Shown here in pieces: positions 1 to 14,444 of a stretch of 64,000 nucleotides of DNA. The notes beneath the pieces were generated by a model. That model ran no database searches. It had not been told where the DNA came from and was given only the letters and a program-made list of their open reading frames with translations. The translations under genes were made by a program, and so were the position numbers. The DNA comes from Eledone cirrhosa (taxonomy: Eukaryota). The DNA is taken from assembly GCA_964016885.1 (NCBI GenBank), contig OZ024740.1:347882001-347946000 (forward strand), given 5' to 3'. The number at the start of each line of letters is the position of its first letter. Position 1 is the stretch's first letter.

Positions 1-40
1 ACTGCCTAAAGTGTTACTCTACCGTACGGGAGTATATACT

Positions 41-574
41 AAATTCATAGAGATATATGTATATATTTAGAGATATATTTAGACATAGTCACATATACAT
101 ATATGAGTGTGACTATCTTTCACGGTATGGCTCAATGAAAAATTTAATTAAGCAAATAATTATTAATCAGAGCTATATATAAAATTGCAAGTGTGAAGAA
201 TTATTAGATAAAATATATACAGTCTTTCCTCTCTCTAGTCCGTAAAAATCAACCATATAAATAATCATTTACACGAGGCTATAAGTTTAAAATGTAACTA
301 TGAAGAAATAATAGACAAATGATACAGACTATTTTCCGCGAGGAACAGTCAGATAAAATTTATCTAGTCATTCCTTTTAGCCCGTAGAAATTAACTAGAC
401 AAATAATCAATTAAACGGAGCTAGATCTAAAATATAAGTTCGAAGAAAAAATGCATATAAACTTTACCAAAATACCTCTAGTCCCGACTGTCGACAGTTT
501 CGCTCGTTCTTAATCATATATGTATCTGTGACTATGTCTAAATATATGTCTAAATATATACATATATCCCTATG

Positions 575-650
<76 letters not shown>

Positions 651-660
651 CATAGGGATA
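41..660 (-). mobile_element. Foldback remnant of non-coding HHR family C (related to 50784, 55411 and 56291 copies)
   Basis: 41-105 is inverted at 514-579. 150-300 resembles 55450-55590. The minus strand at 482-505 reads GAAA-CTGTCGACAG-TC-GGGA (HHR 3' half, core lost at the inversion). Abuts (TA)n. Confidence 0.6.
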
Positions 661-730
661 TATATATATATATACACACTATAAGAATAAAGGAACACAG
701 ATTCAGTGTTGCATTAAACATATTTAGTAA

Positions 731-820
731 CATATTACATATGTTTCCCTATCGATCAGCTCAAGGAGAGACCTATTATAGATTGAACCTGACTCTGTAA
801 TCGAAAGATCGTCAGATATG
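731..820 (-). ncRNA. Type I hammerhead ribozyme with extended stem II, in a ~165 bp stub (679-845) between TA tracts
   Basis: Minus strand: CATAT-CTGACGA-TCTTTCGAT..ATCGATAGG-GAAA-CATATG-TA-ATATG. Stem I CATAT/ATATG, palindromic stem III ACATATGT, GUA site. Confidence 0.8.
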
Positions 821-1816
821 TTTCCGATATGATCTCGTCTCCGATATATATATATATATATATGTACATACATAAGTACGCGTGTTTATTTCACAAGAAA
901 ATAAATATAAAAAATACTCATACTGGGGTTAGATCTTGAAACAGAATGAAGGGAAAGTAATTATTCTAATAAGCTTAATCCGCTCACTTTCATTTTAGTA
1001 TTTATGAAACAAAGGTATTTTTTTGACTGTTGCAAATTAGTTTCTGTTGTCTCTTTGGAACATAACCTAACAATTTGGGTTATTAATCAATCAATCACTG
1101 TTCTCCATACTCTTGTACAGATGTTCAATTGAGTGACAAATATAAGGAAATCGGATCCACGTACACTTAATCAATCATTCGATTAGAAGGAAATCAATAA
1201 TTTACATATCCAGTGTTTGTCGAAAATTTTTTTTATGTATAGATTTTTTTACTTTCTTCTCCAATCACCACGTCTCTGTAATTCTACACTTTATTGGAGA
1301 TAAAGCTTAACAGAATAACAAAAGAATTCTCCAGCTATCATTAGGGTTAGTGTTACTTTCGTACGCCACTTTTCCTCCAGTTGTCCAAGACATGTTTTTG
1401 TATATGTGTATAAGTTTTCAATTTTCGCCATAAAACAGGTTAATGGAAATCACATCCATCATGATACAACAACTGTAACATCAACTAATACCAACTAGAG
1501 TCAATATTGTTATCATCCTTATCGTCATCATTTTCCATATTTTATAAGGTACATACATACGTGCATACTTACACACACACATACATGCATGCATACATAA
1601 GTACATACATACGTACGTTAACACATACACGTCTACTCAGTTGATATATATATTCTAGTAAATGAAACGCGTTTCTGTGTTAGAAATTTGCTCTTTTTCT
1701 GGGCCTTTTTCTGGGCCTTGTTTAATATTAATATGTAAGTTATTTGTTAAAACATGAAGGGTAATAGGTAGCCATTATTCATTAAGTATAATTTATTTTC
1801 GTTGATATTCAATAAT

Positions 1817-2000
1817 TGTTTCTACCTTTTGGCACAAGGCCAGCAATTACCCAGTGTATTACTGGTACTTTATTTTATCGACCCCATAAGGATGAAAGGC
1901 AAAGTTAACCTTGGCGGGATTTGAACTCAGAATGGCAAGGGCCGCAACTCTATGCGTCAAAGCATGGTGCCCGACCCTCTACCGATATTGCCAATCCACC
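1817..2000 (-). mobile_element. tRNA-derived SINE (octopus OR-like family)
   Basis: A-box-like TGGCAATATCGG, B-box GAGTTCAAATCCC, conserved GCCTTTCATCC..GTCGATAAAATAAAGTACCAG body, 13 bp TSD GATATTCAATAAT (1804-1816 and 2001-2013). Confidence 0.85.
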
Positions 2001-2544
2001 GATATTCAATAATCTGAGATAGAATAATTATAGTGATGTGTCACTGGGAAAATTCTTTAAAGTAAAGCAGCCCTGGATAATGATAATTCGTGAACTACTG
2101 GGACACTGGCCCCAAAATTGACCATTGAGATGAGAATGTAACATGTGAATGGAAATTTGTCGCAGAACTTTAGAACGTATGCCCATGTGTGGATAAGCAG
2201 TTTTTGCGTCTCACTTGCTCATTTCTCAAAGGACCTTCTCATAATGCTCTGTACACTTTTCTTAGGTAAATGAAGTCTTACAACACGTCAGTATATGCCT
2301 CCCTCTACATATCCACACAAGAAGTCATTTCTCATTTTACATCGGTGCAAGTCTGTTCTTGGTGAAGAATCACGTTCACAATTTGTGGTACAAAAGAGAT
2401 ACATAAAGGATACTTTCCAAAATTCAGGTTACGCACGCATGCGCGCATGTGTGTAACTCTCCCACGTATACACATGTATAAAGCTATGTAAATAGATATC
2501 CACTCACACATATGCACAAAGCTACAAACGTCTAAATAATGGGG

Positions 2545-2727
2545 AGGGGTGGGGTGGGAATTGATTTATACGGTCCCCAATAGTTGAGTGGTGCGTTAAT
2601 ATATCGACATCGGAAGGATGAAAGTCAAAGATGACCTCGACTGGATTTGAAACGAAAATGTTGGGAGCCGTAGCAAAATATTACAGTGCATTACATCCGG
2701 CGGTCTAATGTTTCTACCAATCTACCC
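2545..2727 (-). mobile_element. Old diverged copy of the same SINE family
   Basis: Degenerate ATCGAC..GGATGAAAG..GACCTCG..GGATTTGAA similarity to the neighbouring copies. Confidence 0.55.
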
Positions 2728-2744
2728 CACTACAAACACGTAAT

Positions 2745-2965
2745 AATTGTTTCTTATATAGGCACAAGGCCAGTAATTTTGGGGGAAGGGAAAGTCGATT
2801 AAATCGACCCCAGTGCGTGACTGGTACTTTATTTTATCGACCCCATAAGGATGAAAGGCAAAGTTAACCTCGGCGGGATTTGAGCTCAGATCATAAAGAG
2901 CCGTAACTCTATGCTGCAAAGCATGGCGTCCGACCCTCTACCGATACTGCCAATCCACCGCCCTC
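2745..2965 (-). mobile_element. tRNA-derived SINE, long subtype, inserted at the tail of the adjacent SINE
   Basis: Same family. TSD ACAAACACGTAATAAT at ~2732 and ~2966. Confidence 0.85.
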
Positions 2966-2976
2966 ACAAACACGTA

Positions 2977-3162
2977 ATAATTGTTTCTATTTTAGGCACA
3001 AGGCCAGCAATTACCCAGTACATTACTGGTAATTTATTTTATCGACCTCGTAAGGATGAAAGGCAAAGTTAACCTCGGCCGGATTTGAACTCAGATCGTA
3101 AAGGGACGTAACTATGCTAGAAAGCATGTCCGACCCTCTACCGATACTGCCAATTCACCGCT
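2977..3162 (-). mobile_element. tRNA-derived SINE
   Basis: Closely similar to the 1817-2000 copy. Confidence 0.85.
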
Positions 3163-3447
3163 GTGTATTGAAAGGTATTTAATAACACAAAATAATATAC
3201 TCCCATACATTATGCAGGGCTAAAATATGTTGATAATATCTCTAATAGACATTTACCAGAACAATGAATTAAATGGAAAATTTAATGCCTGATTGTATTG
3301 ATCTGATTGCTTGTTGGCTTGGTGTATGTAATAGCAGACGAACACAATATATTGATTTAAACCAAAGTTGAAAAGTTGAATGGTTAGACAAAAACCATAG
3401 AAAGTATGTCAAACGAAAAAAAATCTCTATTGCATACACATGAATAG

Positions 3448-3548
<101 letters not shown>

Positions 3549-3661
3549 GTATATATATATATGTATGTGCGTGTGTGTGTATAAAATTATTGCCTGTACG
3601 AATTTCCGCTGGCCTCACATCTAATCTATACTTATTTACATACACATACATACATAAAAAG

Positions 3662-4642
3662 TAGTCTATCTTGGACCAACAACCACTATATTGGCTCCCA
3701 CTTTGAAGGATACTCTTTTGCAATCAAAGAACAGGAAATCAACACGAAATACCTGATTCACAAAAGAGATAGGGATGCAGACAAAACACCTAGATGTGAT
3801 AACAAGTGCAGACTCTGCAGAATTAACATCGAAGATGTCACCCATGTCATAAGCATCTGTCCAAAGATGTCATCGAGGTACTATCTACCTATGAGGCAGG
3901 AAGTAGTGGCCAAAACACTGTACAATGCAATGCGTAGAAAAAGATAGCCCCGATAATAAACACATTAAAAGCTACAGCAATGTGGAAGACATACATATAC
4001 ATAATATGAAAGAGCACTGGTGGAATGTTCCAGTAAAAACCCCAATAAAGTGCAGGCATAACAGACCAGATATTATGATATGGGACAGGGAAAAGAAGGC
4101 ATGCACAGTAGTGGAATTTAGCTGCCCAGCAGATGCCAATATAATATCAAAGATTAGTGAAAGGGAGAATATTTATGCAGAACTGATGAGAAATCTGCAG
4201 ATACTCCACCCTGATTACACCTTCAGATATATGCCTGTGATTGTTGGGGCACTTGGATATGTTAGTAACTGCCTCAATACAAATCTTGAGAAGCTGAGCT
4301 TCACAGGAACAGAAATAACATGACTAGTTATGAAATTACAAGTACAATCCATTAATGGAACAGTAAACATATGTAAAACATTCCAAAGATTTTGCATCTA
4401 ATAACTACATATACACATGTACAGATAAAAAGCAGATACACGCACACATACAACTCAAAGCATACATATCCACACATACAATAATATCCATACCTACACA
4501 TGCATGCATGCAGACATGCATACATATCTACCTAGTTGATGTTGTGTAAATTCCAATGATAGAATCTTATAACTATGCTAGAAACCGACTCTCTCTCATT
4601 TGTGAAATTATAAAACTAGAAGAACATACATAAATACATACA
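3662..4642 (+). mobile_element. 5'-truncated R4/Dong-like non-LTR retrotransposon (zinc knuckle + restriction-like endonuclease, 3' UTR)
   Basis: Translates as FAIKEQEINTKY..CRLC..EDVTHVISIC (CCHC), then after a frameshift HNRPDIMIWD..VVEFSCPAD..PVIVGALG (PD-(D/E)xK-type). Flanked by CATA repeats. Confidence 0.85.
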
Positions 4643-5524
4643 TTGTGGTGATGGAAGGGCCGTGGAAGGATAGATTAGTATATGTAGTGATTCATACACA
4701 AACATTCAGATTGTCACATTTGGATGGCTTTCAACATAGGTCGGATCAATCAGGACTGACGTCTGTGAAAAAAACAAAAACAGCTGTAAATATCTGCAGA
4801 CAACGGATCACAATTTGGAGAATAAAACGAAAAGAAATTGGAATCATTCAGGCAAGAACTATTTATCAATTAAAGCGAACAGTTATTGATATGTAAAATT
4901 ATTAACTCTGATACATCTCACTTTCAATAAACACATACGTACACACACACACATCGATTGACATGTACAGACTTAACACACACACAGACACACACAGACA
5001 GACAGCCAGACAGACAGACAGACACACACACACAGACATTTATTCTCAGATTGGTATACACTTATATACACACATAATCCAATACTTACACACATAGACC
5101 TATACATAAAAATGTAAAATTTTCGTTGGGTTGTCTCTCTGGCAAGAAACTAGAATTAAGGAGCGGTAGACACATTTTACAAATATATATGCTTTTATGC
5201 CCAATTGTTATAGTAAAGTTATAGTAAAGAACTTACGTTGAAACAGCTTATTTAAACTAGAATAATTTCAAAATTCAAAATAAGTTCAACGCTGATTGTG
5301 CATGATTGATTCTTTGTTCACATCCACTGACCGATAGCTATGGCTTGAAAATAACAGGCAAGTGGCCAGTCTCGATTTGAGGTAATGTAGTATAGCCCTT
5401 AGGCATACGGCAAGGTTCGATTCCCATAAGCGATACTGTTCAATGTATATATGATCATTTGTTCAAATATTTTAATATTTAAAAAAAAAATTACGGAACA
5501 CCACCTTATTGAAGCAGACCTATC

Positions 5525-5584
<60 letters not shown>

Positions 5585-5588
<4 letters not shown>

Positions 5589-6050
5589 GGTTTGAGGTTC
5601 ACCACTGTATAGAGCTGGTCTATTCCGTATGGTCAATCGTAATGCAATAATATAGAGAGTACTCAACGTAAAGCAGTTCAACCGTCTTTGTTTTTGTAGT
5701 TGGTGGTGCTATTACGGAGTTAAATATTATAATGAAATGACAGGAGGCTGGATTTGTGTAAATCCTTGAAAGGTTTATTATACTATGATCATTTCAATGA
5801 CCGGGTTCCGTATGAATCCGGTGATATCATCAGGTATTCGAAATATAATACGTGAATGTAATAGGTAAAATCCAGCGGTCGCCCTCGGGTCTCGATTTTC
5901 AGCCCCATGGATTTTACCTATTACATTCACGTATTATATTTCGAATACCTGATGATATCACCGGATTCATACGGAACCCGGTCATTGAAATGATCATAGT
6001 ATAATAAACCTTTCAAGGATTTACACAAATCCAGCCTCCTGTCATTTCAT

Positions 6051-6053
<3 letters not shown>
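5585..6053 (-). mobile_element. Foldback mini-element in (TA)n with a degenerate HHR in each arm
   Basis: Arms 5729-5874 and 5908-6053 appear identical, with a 33 nt spacer and an unpaired tail at 5585-5728. The arm reads CTGATGA-TATCA-CCG..CGG-AACCCGGTC, then AATAAA. Confidence 0.7.
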
Positions 6054-6101
<48 letters not shown>

Positions 6102-6667
6102 CAAGGTATATGTATATTTATAATACATTCACATGTAGCATATGATTTCAATACTATTGAGTTCGCTCTAATTCCAGTCTACACCCTTGTTATTGAGTAA
6201 GTCTATGAGGGTCAGAGTTGAGAAAATATTTGATACCACTATCCATTATAGAATTGAATCGATCTATAAAATCCATTTATCCATTTGCTTCCTGATAATT
6301 TAATCTAATCGGTTGAGTGTTTTGTAGTCTGGAGAAATAATTCCGTTTTAGTAAAAAAAAAAAAAAATTGAAATTATATGCAAATTAATACGTCCATTTC
6401 AGAATAATACTAAGGAGGAATACACACCAATTACTTGCTTCCTTGTTGTTGATTGGATGATGTACACGTCATTTGGTGCAGGTCCAAATAGATCCGAAAA
6501 TCTATTAGAAAGGTTTATCATTTTTTTCAATTTACAGGGAAATTCGTCTTTTCTTGCATATTTACACACCTACGTATTGTACTCGTTGGTGCAGATATAA
6601 CTTTATCATACATTGCGGCTGCTATATATATATAGTACCCCTTCTCCCATATATATGTATTTCTGAA

Positions 6668-6880
6668 GGTGCGTGGCTGAGTGGTTAGAGAATTGGATTC
6701 GCAATCGTGAGGGTGTGAGTTCGATTCCTGGAGCGGGCGATGCGTTATATCCTTGAGCAAGATACCTTATTTCACGTTGCTCCTTCTACCTGGAGTTGCG
6801 ACCGATAGATAGTATTAGCAATTGGAAAGACCAATGGAAACATTGTTTCCTCGCTTCGATTTGACGAAAGTCGATCGACT
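6668..6880 (+). mobile_element. tRNA-derived CORE-like SINE (second family)
   Basis: A-box TGGCTGAGTGG, B-box GAGTTCGATTCC, CORE-like TCCTTGAGCAAGA.AC.TTATTTCAC. A second copy lies at 45615-45829. Confidence 0.85.
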
Positions 6881-8089
6881 GTCGATATATATATATATTT
6901 ATGTATTTGTATGTATCCATATATACCTAAACAAACACAATGCTATATATTTATTTTATATTTTGTGCATTCCTGAAAATTATAGTACATATACACACAC
7001 ACATAGAACTTATCAGAGAACCTATTTTTGTGAATAATTATTTATGTTTTTAATGTATACTAGTTAGTGCTGGCCTGCATTAATAATAAACGCATGAAAT
7101 CTCACCATCGACATCCATCCACTGCACCTTATCTATGTTTACAAAATTTACTAATAGATTTTTTAATCTTTGGAAACTATTAAAATAAATCAACAACAGA
7201 AAAATATTTGCTCTTTTGTCATGAATTATTTTATCCAAGACACATTTAGAAAAATTGTTGTTTTTTCCTTTTATTTTTGTTCGTTCTTTTCAGTTATTTT
7301 GTCGATTTTGTCCTTCTCAGTCTTCGTATTTTAAGAGTCAATATCTCAATCAGTTACATGAAACAATTAATTATCCTGAACTATTCATAGTTTGTGTCAG
7401 TAATACTTCAAATATTGACCACGGATCTCAAATAACATTGGCTACGACGAATGAAATTGAGTATTTAGATATCCGTTGTGTTTTACTTGCATTTATAAAC
7501 TAAAAAAAGATTTTCAGCACCTTTGCAGAGAAAAATATAATTGCGGCAACAGATATGAAAATAAAATAATAAAATAAAAAAACAAAACAAATGAAATAAA
7601 AGTAAACATTTGGAAGTAATCCATAATGAATCTGAAAATCATTTTTTGAAATGTACGAGATATCCGCTAAAAATTTGAGAAATTGTTCATTTGTAATTTT
7701 TGTAATGGTTCTACTGCATGCCGATTTAGGAAAAAAAATGTTTTCACACTTCCTTATTCAAAGTGATTTAGCAATAACTGGAGGTGTCGTATAAAGTCAG
7801 TGACCATTAACGAGAGAATCTCCTAAAATTATTCAAGCTTTATTAATGTTTTTGTTTTTACTGAGCTATTAAACCATGACTTCTCTTCTTCATTTACCCT
7901 ATTTAAAAGCGTACGGAAAAAAAGGATGCTTCTATTTTCTTCCTCTTCATTGACCATCATTTGATATATTCCATCTCTTCTTTCTCTATTTCTTTCTTTA
8001 TGGATGTTCAAATTCTTTTAAATGGTAAAAATAGTAACGACAGTAAAGCGCAATACTAAGTGTATTACAATAATACTATCTTCTTTTAC

Positions 8090-8430
8090 GAGTGAGAGTT
8101 CGAATTCATTTCAGCAAGGATGAAATAAATACTAGCAATGTTACTAAAATTGGACATGCTTCTCACCCGATCAAAAGCTGGCCATGTTTCTGTGTAAGAA
8201 ATCATCTAGATTAGATAGTCCAAAAAGTGATCCTCTACGTAGTTGTTAGACCTGCAAGAGATAGCAGCTAAATCATCTACAAGTTACAGAATGCAGTCTT
8301 AAAACGAAAGGGTAACATTAGGTTATATATTTCTAGATATGTAATGTCCAAAAATATATGGGACTGTTCTGGCTAGCACGTTTTAGTTATTCAGTGCTGA
8401 ACACGAGTTAAGTTAAATAACAACAACGAC
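8090..8430 (+). mobile_element. Old composite SINE remnant
   Basis: GAGTTCGAAT B-box-like motif, GACCTGCAAGAGATAGCAGC motif and (CAA)n tail. Highly diverged. Confidence 0.4.
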
Positions 8431-8963
8431 AATTAAATGTTAGATGGCCAGAGTTGACGAGAATATGTGGTGGTATCGAACCTATAACATCAACTCTGTA
8501 GCTCCTAATAAACAATGTTATCGCCATACTTCATCATATAAAAAATGCAAGCCAGTAAAAGTTCGAAAGAAAACTAATTACAAAAGATATTGCTTTAATA
8601 AAACTAATATAGAAAACATCAAAATTCATTTAACATTGAAGAAAGGGTATTGTTTTCCAGAATTTGTACAATAATAACTAAAATTAACGCAAATGATGAG
8701 AGAATTTATAAAAAAATATCTTGGCTCGTGCCTTGGTTATTAATTACTGAATATGGTTCGAGCCAAGATGTTAAATATTCTTCAGGGCCAATGATATTCA
8801 GTTCGCAACAACGAACATAGAGAAAAGAGAAAAAAAATCTAATTCATTATTAACAGTTACAGACAGTTAAGAATAATGGAACATCTTTAATATTGTAATC
8901 TCATAATAAAATAATTATGTATTGTTTATGAATATAATTTATTTACAGAATATAAAGTCACTC

Positions 8964-9076
<113 letters not shown>

Positions 9077-9117
9077 GTATGTATTTATGTATGTATATAT
9101 GTATGTATGAATGTATG

Positions 9118-10900
9118 TCAGGTTTCTCTCGAACGCTCTGCGAGCCTATCTAGTCTGAATAGTGTGAAGGGGGATTTTTGAACATCCTAAAGCACACGGT
9201 TATCTCCCACAGGAGATAACCGTGTGCTTTAGGTCAGAAAGAGATATTCAGTCTTGGTTGGCAAATTTTCTAGAGGTGAAACCTTGAACAAAATACCACA
9301 GTTTTCGTATTTTTGTTTTTGAAAAGAGCGGAAGATACTTTGCTTGAAACCTGCAATCGAAATAGTACCAGTATCACTGCCTCTGGAGTCTACTATGTAG
9401 ACCGAGTCAGTGACAAATGTGTTATACAAGCATTTGTCCAAGACACACATAACTCTCTGTCACAGGATGTATGCTGTCTCCAACTGGTGCAAAGTGCAGA
9501 GTACGATATTGATCTCAAGATTGTTACTTAAACATTCAAATTCCGAATTAGGTTAAAGATCCTCACAACAGGAAAACTGTCCCAAAACATTTTGATGTTG
9601 ACAAACAGTCCCCACTATAAATTTTCGAGTCCTTTTTAAATAAATGTACTGAAATTTATTCTAATGGCAATTTAAGATGCAGGTGTTTAATTTAGGCTTG
9701 GATACAGAGGAAAAAGGCTCAGGGATTTGTTTGTCATTAATATTACCAAACTTAGATCAGATTCAGTAAATGAAACAGTCACTTTTTAATTTATTATTGG
9801 ACATAAATCTCAAAAGCAGAAAGCAGAAAGCAGACATGCAGTTGGAAGTAAGGCACATGAAGTATCAATACTGATTAAATCTGCTCCAAGAAGTGCAAGA
9901 CACCTTTAATAGTAAGGACGTTTTATGCCCCCTATTGCGACAATAGTTTTGTTCTCAATTGATTTCTCTTGTCTCTGTGCAATCGAAAGGAGAAGTCTTT
10001 TTATAAAGACAGAAGAAACATTATAAAGAGAATGAAAGAACAGTTTCCTGATCTTTTCTAAAATCATTCTCTTGTCGACTTTGATGTCATAATGGTCTAC
10101 AATAATCTCAATGCCAATACATTGGTTGCTACAGAAATCAGTAAAACAACCTAACCAGGGTTAGATAGCATTCCAGTTGAGTTATTGAAGGCTAGAAAAA
10201 TTCAAATATCATCCACTATCCATGCATTGATTCGAGAACATTTTTATGCTGATGAGTTAAACTTTGTTGCACACCCAGAAGCAGGCATGCTACATAATGA
10301 ATACATTTTCTTAAACATGTGCCCTTTATTGGGTTCACTATAAGCTTAGCTAAGTCCAATGGGATGTAAACTACAGCTCCGGAAGACGCTTATGTTATAA
10401 CAGATATATATATAAGAAGAGGACTAGTAGTGGATGCTTTTGTATATCTGGGTAGTATTCAGCTATGTGACGGGGGTTTAGATCCGGAAATACATTTCGA
10501 GTATGGAAGGCAATCACCGCCCTTGGAAAATGGTGTGTTTGGTTAGGGGTATCAATTAAGAACAAAATTATCTGTGTATCAGACAGTTTTGTGGGTGTGA
10601 AACATTGATTACTCTCCATTGGCATTTCAAAACACTATTTGAAATATTCCATCGAAATTGTTGACGCTGGTTCCTAGGTATTAAGTGGACAAGCATGAGC
10701 TTTTACAAAGACTGAGGTGCTCTACAAAATTTTCCTTGATTTTCGTAGAGAATCTTGTTCGAATGAATAAGACAAGACTTCCAAAGAAAATATTTTATGG
10801 TGTACGCGTCCAAGGAAAATAACCACAGCATAAACCAAAAAAGTAAAAAAAAAACATTCCTAATATGCTCTCTCCCTGATAGCACTCCAGGTTAGAAAGG
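9118..10900 (+). mobile_element. Degenerate RTE-clade LINE with a 22 bp hairpin near its 5' end
   Basis: QDVC..QSAEYDIDLKIV resembles the end of the APE domain. FYADELNFVAH at ~10240 (RT YADD region), DAFVYLG and a GCET(W)-like motif follow, with many stops and deletions. Inverted repeat CCTAAAGCACACGGTTATCTCC at 9186-9233. Confidence 0.7.
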
Positions 10901-11866
10901 AAATCCAAATCACAGTCAATCATCGTTTATTACTTTGTGTTTGGTAATGGTTATGATAAATTTAAAATCAGACAGGGGTAAAATACATATATGAGAGGCT
11001 GGCTTTGTCCTTCTTGAACATATGGAAATACAATGGAAATACAAACTAAACAACGCGATTGCTAATATGGTTAAAACTGGGGAAAAAATATTTGAATTGA
11101 ACATTGTCCAAAATACACACAAACCTGCGCGCATATATAAATAATTATGTGTATATTCGTTTTTAGATAGATATGTGTGTGTTTGCGAGTATGCGACCGT
11201 ACATATTTGTGGTTGTATAGTCATTTATTTATAGAGGATGGTGAGAGTCGGAGCGGGAGCGGGTGAGTGAGTGAAGGAATATAGAGAGAGACCATCGATA
11301 TGATATGCATATCTGTGAGTGCGTTTTACATTTTTAATAAAGTGAAGTGAAATATTTTCAGCTGTAATTTGAAAACATGCAAAATCTTTTCATATATCTT
11401 TTAATTCAAAAGTCTTTCCAAATATCATGTAGGCCAATGCACTCATCTCATGAACAGTAGCCAAAAGAGAGATTTATTATTCATTGATAGGCCCGTGCTA
11501 TTTTTTGTTGCATAACCCTCTTGTAATCAGCTGTGGTTGAATACATTTTACTTTCCAATGACTAGCTTTACCCTGTCGGCGTCAGTCAAGCGTCTCTTTT
11601 TAATTCAGCCTTCAAAGAAATAAGAATATATGTAAATATATTATGAACATAGTGAGTCTATACAAACACCTTCATAATCACATATATATTATATATTATC
11701 ACATCCTCAACCTCAACATAAATATATAAGTGTGTGTGTGTGTGTCTGTGTGTAAATATATATAAATATAAGTATATATGTATTTATATATAAATCGATC
11801 TATATGTACATATATATATATACATACATACGTATATATATATGTATACACACACACACACACACA

Positions 11867-11941
<75 letters not shown>

Positions 11942-12287
11942 TTATTTATATATATTTGTGTGTGTGTATGCATACTTGTATACAAGCATACACAAACATA
12001 ATTTTATACATATCTATATACATGCTAACGGCTTTGACTACAAACCAAACAGTAATTCACACAAACAATAGACTTTCTATCATTGCTGTTTTGGACATTG
12101 AAATACAGAAACAGCCATGAATAACGATCTTACATCCTATAGTGATTTCAGCAATAACAGCAACAATAATTGAAGAAAACGTCTCTATATTTGAAAAGTA
12201 TCAGATGTGACAATCAGACCATATGCAATGCAATAACGGTATGTCCCATAATAAATGTATAACACCTGGTTTGTAGCTAGTGCTCAA

Positions 12288-14395
12288 TGTATGTACGTTT
12301 CTCTTTCTCTTAATTTCAAGTACATTTTTGCCCGGCCAGCTTCCTGGTGGCAAAGTTATAACAAAAAAGAAATTGTCATCCATTGAATCCCAAGAATATC
12401 TTGCAAATTTTGAAGGTGCCATCTATCGCAGCCATGTGTAGTCTATGGTTTAGGGAACTGCGCTCTTTGTCCACAAGTTCAAGTTCAATCATACTTTGGT
12501 CCAAGCGGGTTGGTGTATAACCTGTAGCTCCAATAATATTGGGTATGTATGTATGTTTCTCTTTCCTTAATTTCGAGTACATTTTTGACTGGCCACCCTC
12601 CTGGTGGCAAGGTTGTAAGATAAAAGAAATTGTCATCCCTTGTATCGCAAGAATGTTTTTCAAATTTTGAAGATGCCAGCAATCGCAACCATTTGTAACC
12701 TATGAATTATGGAGCTGCGCTCTTTGTCCACAAATCCAAGTTAAATTATACTTTGGTCCAAGCGGGTTGATATAGCTCCAATAATGATGGGTATGAAGCT
12801 GAGCTCAAATAATGATGGGTATGAAGCTGAGGGTGTATCTTGGATACAAGATCTGCAAACTCCTCATCAATGGTCCTTAGAGGTCCTCCTTCTCTTGTAT
12901 TTCTCTTACAACGTTGACATCAAGTGGGCAGCTGATCTCTTCAACAGAACACGTTTTAAATGTGTGGTCGCAAACAACAATATTAAGCCGGTTGTGCTTT
13001 AAATTGGTGGCAGTTTTTATTTTCAGGTTCCACCATTATTCTTTAGTGTCATCTGTCTCAATATATTCCTCCTCATTTGTTTTTAATTTTGTTTTCCAAA
13101 GTTCGTTCCAGATGGTTCTAGCTATTATATCGTTACTCATAGAGTGGTAGTAACAAGAGGACATTCTTTCACGGTTTTACATAGCCGTAGGTTTATTATC
13201 GACTGATGGTCCTCCTCTTTTGTGTAGCAGATATTTAGTAGGGATTTCTTGTTCCTGTATTGCAAATAGATATCCTTCAAGGTCGGATATCATAAACTTG
13301 TCGGAACTCCATGCCATGCTTTTTTGATTATTTATCCTCTCGATGGTCTGTGATTTTCGTCTCAGGTACCAATGCACAACTTTCTCTGTAAATTTGTCCA
13401 TTTTTTATAGTGTTCGAACATTGATTTGGATCTTCCAATTTCCCTGCTGGGATAGAGATTTATATTAGGTCTTATTTCATATCTCTCCCCAGATCAGTGG
13501 CTATCCTAATGATATTATTTCCTTCAAATGGCGGTGGATTGGCAGTATCGGTAGAGGCTCGGACGCCATACTTTGACACATAGAGTTACGGCCCTTGCCA
13601 TTCTGAGTTCAAATCCCGCCAAGGTTAACTTTGCCTTTCATCCTTACGGGGTCGATAAAATAAAGTACCAGTAATACACTGGGATAATTGCTGGCCTTGT
13701 GCCAAAAGTAGAAACAATTATTTCCTTCATGCTCATAAACATGGTTGCTGACCATGTTTTTCTGTTGAAGATGTTGCTTCAGTATTACTATCCGGGTCTC
13801 GTATGATGTTAATATGGATTTGAGACCCCAGCCACTTTCCTTGCATGAGAAGTATAGCCTAGCCACATCACCATTGGTGTTAAAGATTCCAGTAACAGTG
13901 AGAAGCTTGCGAGTTTTTATATCCATCTCACTTAGTTCTTCCAATGACCAGTTCAGCAGACCAAATATTGGCGTTAGGATTGGCATAGAATAAGTATTGT
14001 GGGCAATGTATTTGTTGTACGCTGACAGTTCTGATGACCATATATTCTTTACTCTCCTGAGGTATTCAGTTCTGGTTCTCTTCTTATTTATTGGTTCATC
14101 ATATATGACATTCTCATCCTGTCCAAGATATCTGTAGTTGTCACCTGACAGTAGAGGTTCTATTGTCAAGCTGTTCATTTCTAGATTTCCAGAGGAGGGC
14201 AGATCCCTTCCACGTTTTATTGTCAAATATGCACATTTGAACTCACCAAATTTCATTCTAATGACTGCAGAAAAGTGTGTAATGAGGTTCAATTGTTTTT
14301 TAATATAGTTGGTATTTGGCCCATACAACTTCAGGTCATTAACAAAGAAAAGATAGGAGATATTTCTGAACCCACTTCTATGACCAATTTGTTGT
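12288..14395 (-). mobile_element. 5'-truncated R4/Dong-like non-LTR retrotransposon with duplicated 3' end
   Basis: ISYLFFVNDLKLY (RT core), FGEFKC, YRYLG, GWGL, EGYLFAIQEQEIPTKY and IIGATGY. The 3' ~255 bp is repeated (12288-12543 and 12544-12790). Both ends abut (GTAT)n. Confidence 0.85.
13530..13716 (+). mobile_element. tRNA-derived SINE inserted in the R4-like element
   Basis: OR-like family. 13 bp TSD ATTATTTCCTTCA (13514-13526 and 13717-13729). Confidence 0.9.
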
Positions 14396-14444
14396 ATGTA
14401 TGTGTGTATGTATGTATATATATATGTATGTATGTATAAAATAC

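Noticed and set aside
6668-6745. tRNA gene
   Set aside because: The A and B boxes belong to a SINE head that continues into a CORE-like body, with no proper acceptor stem.
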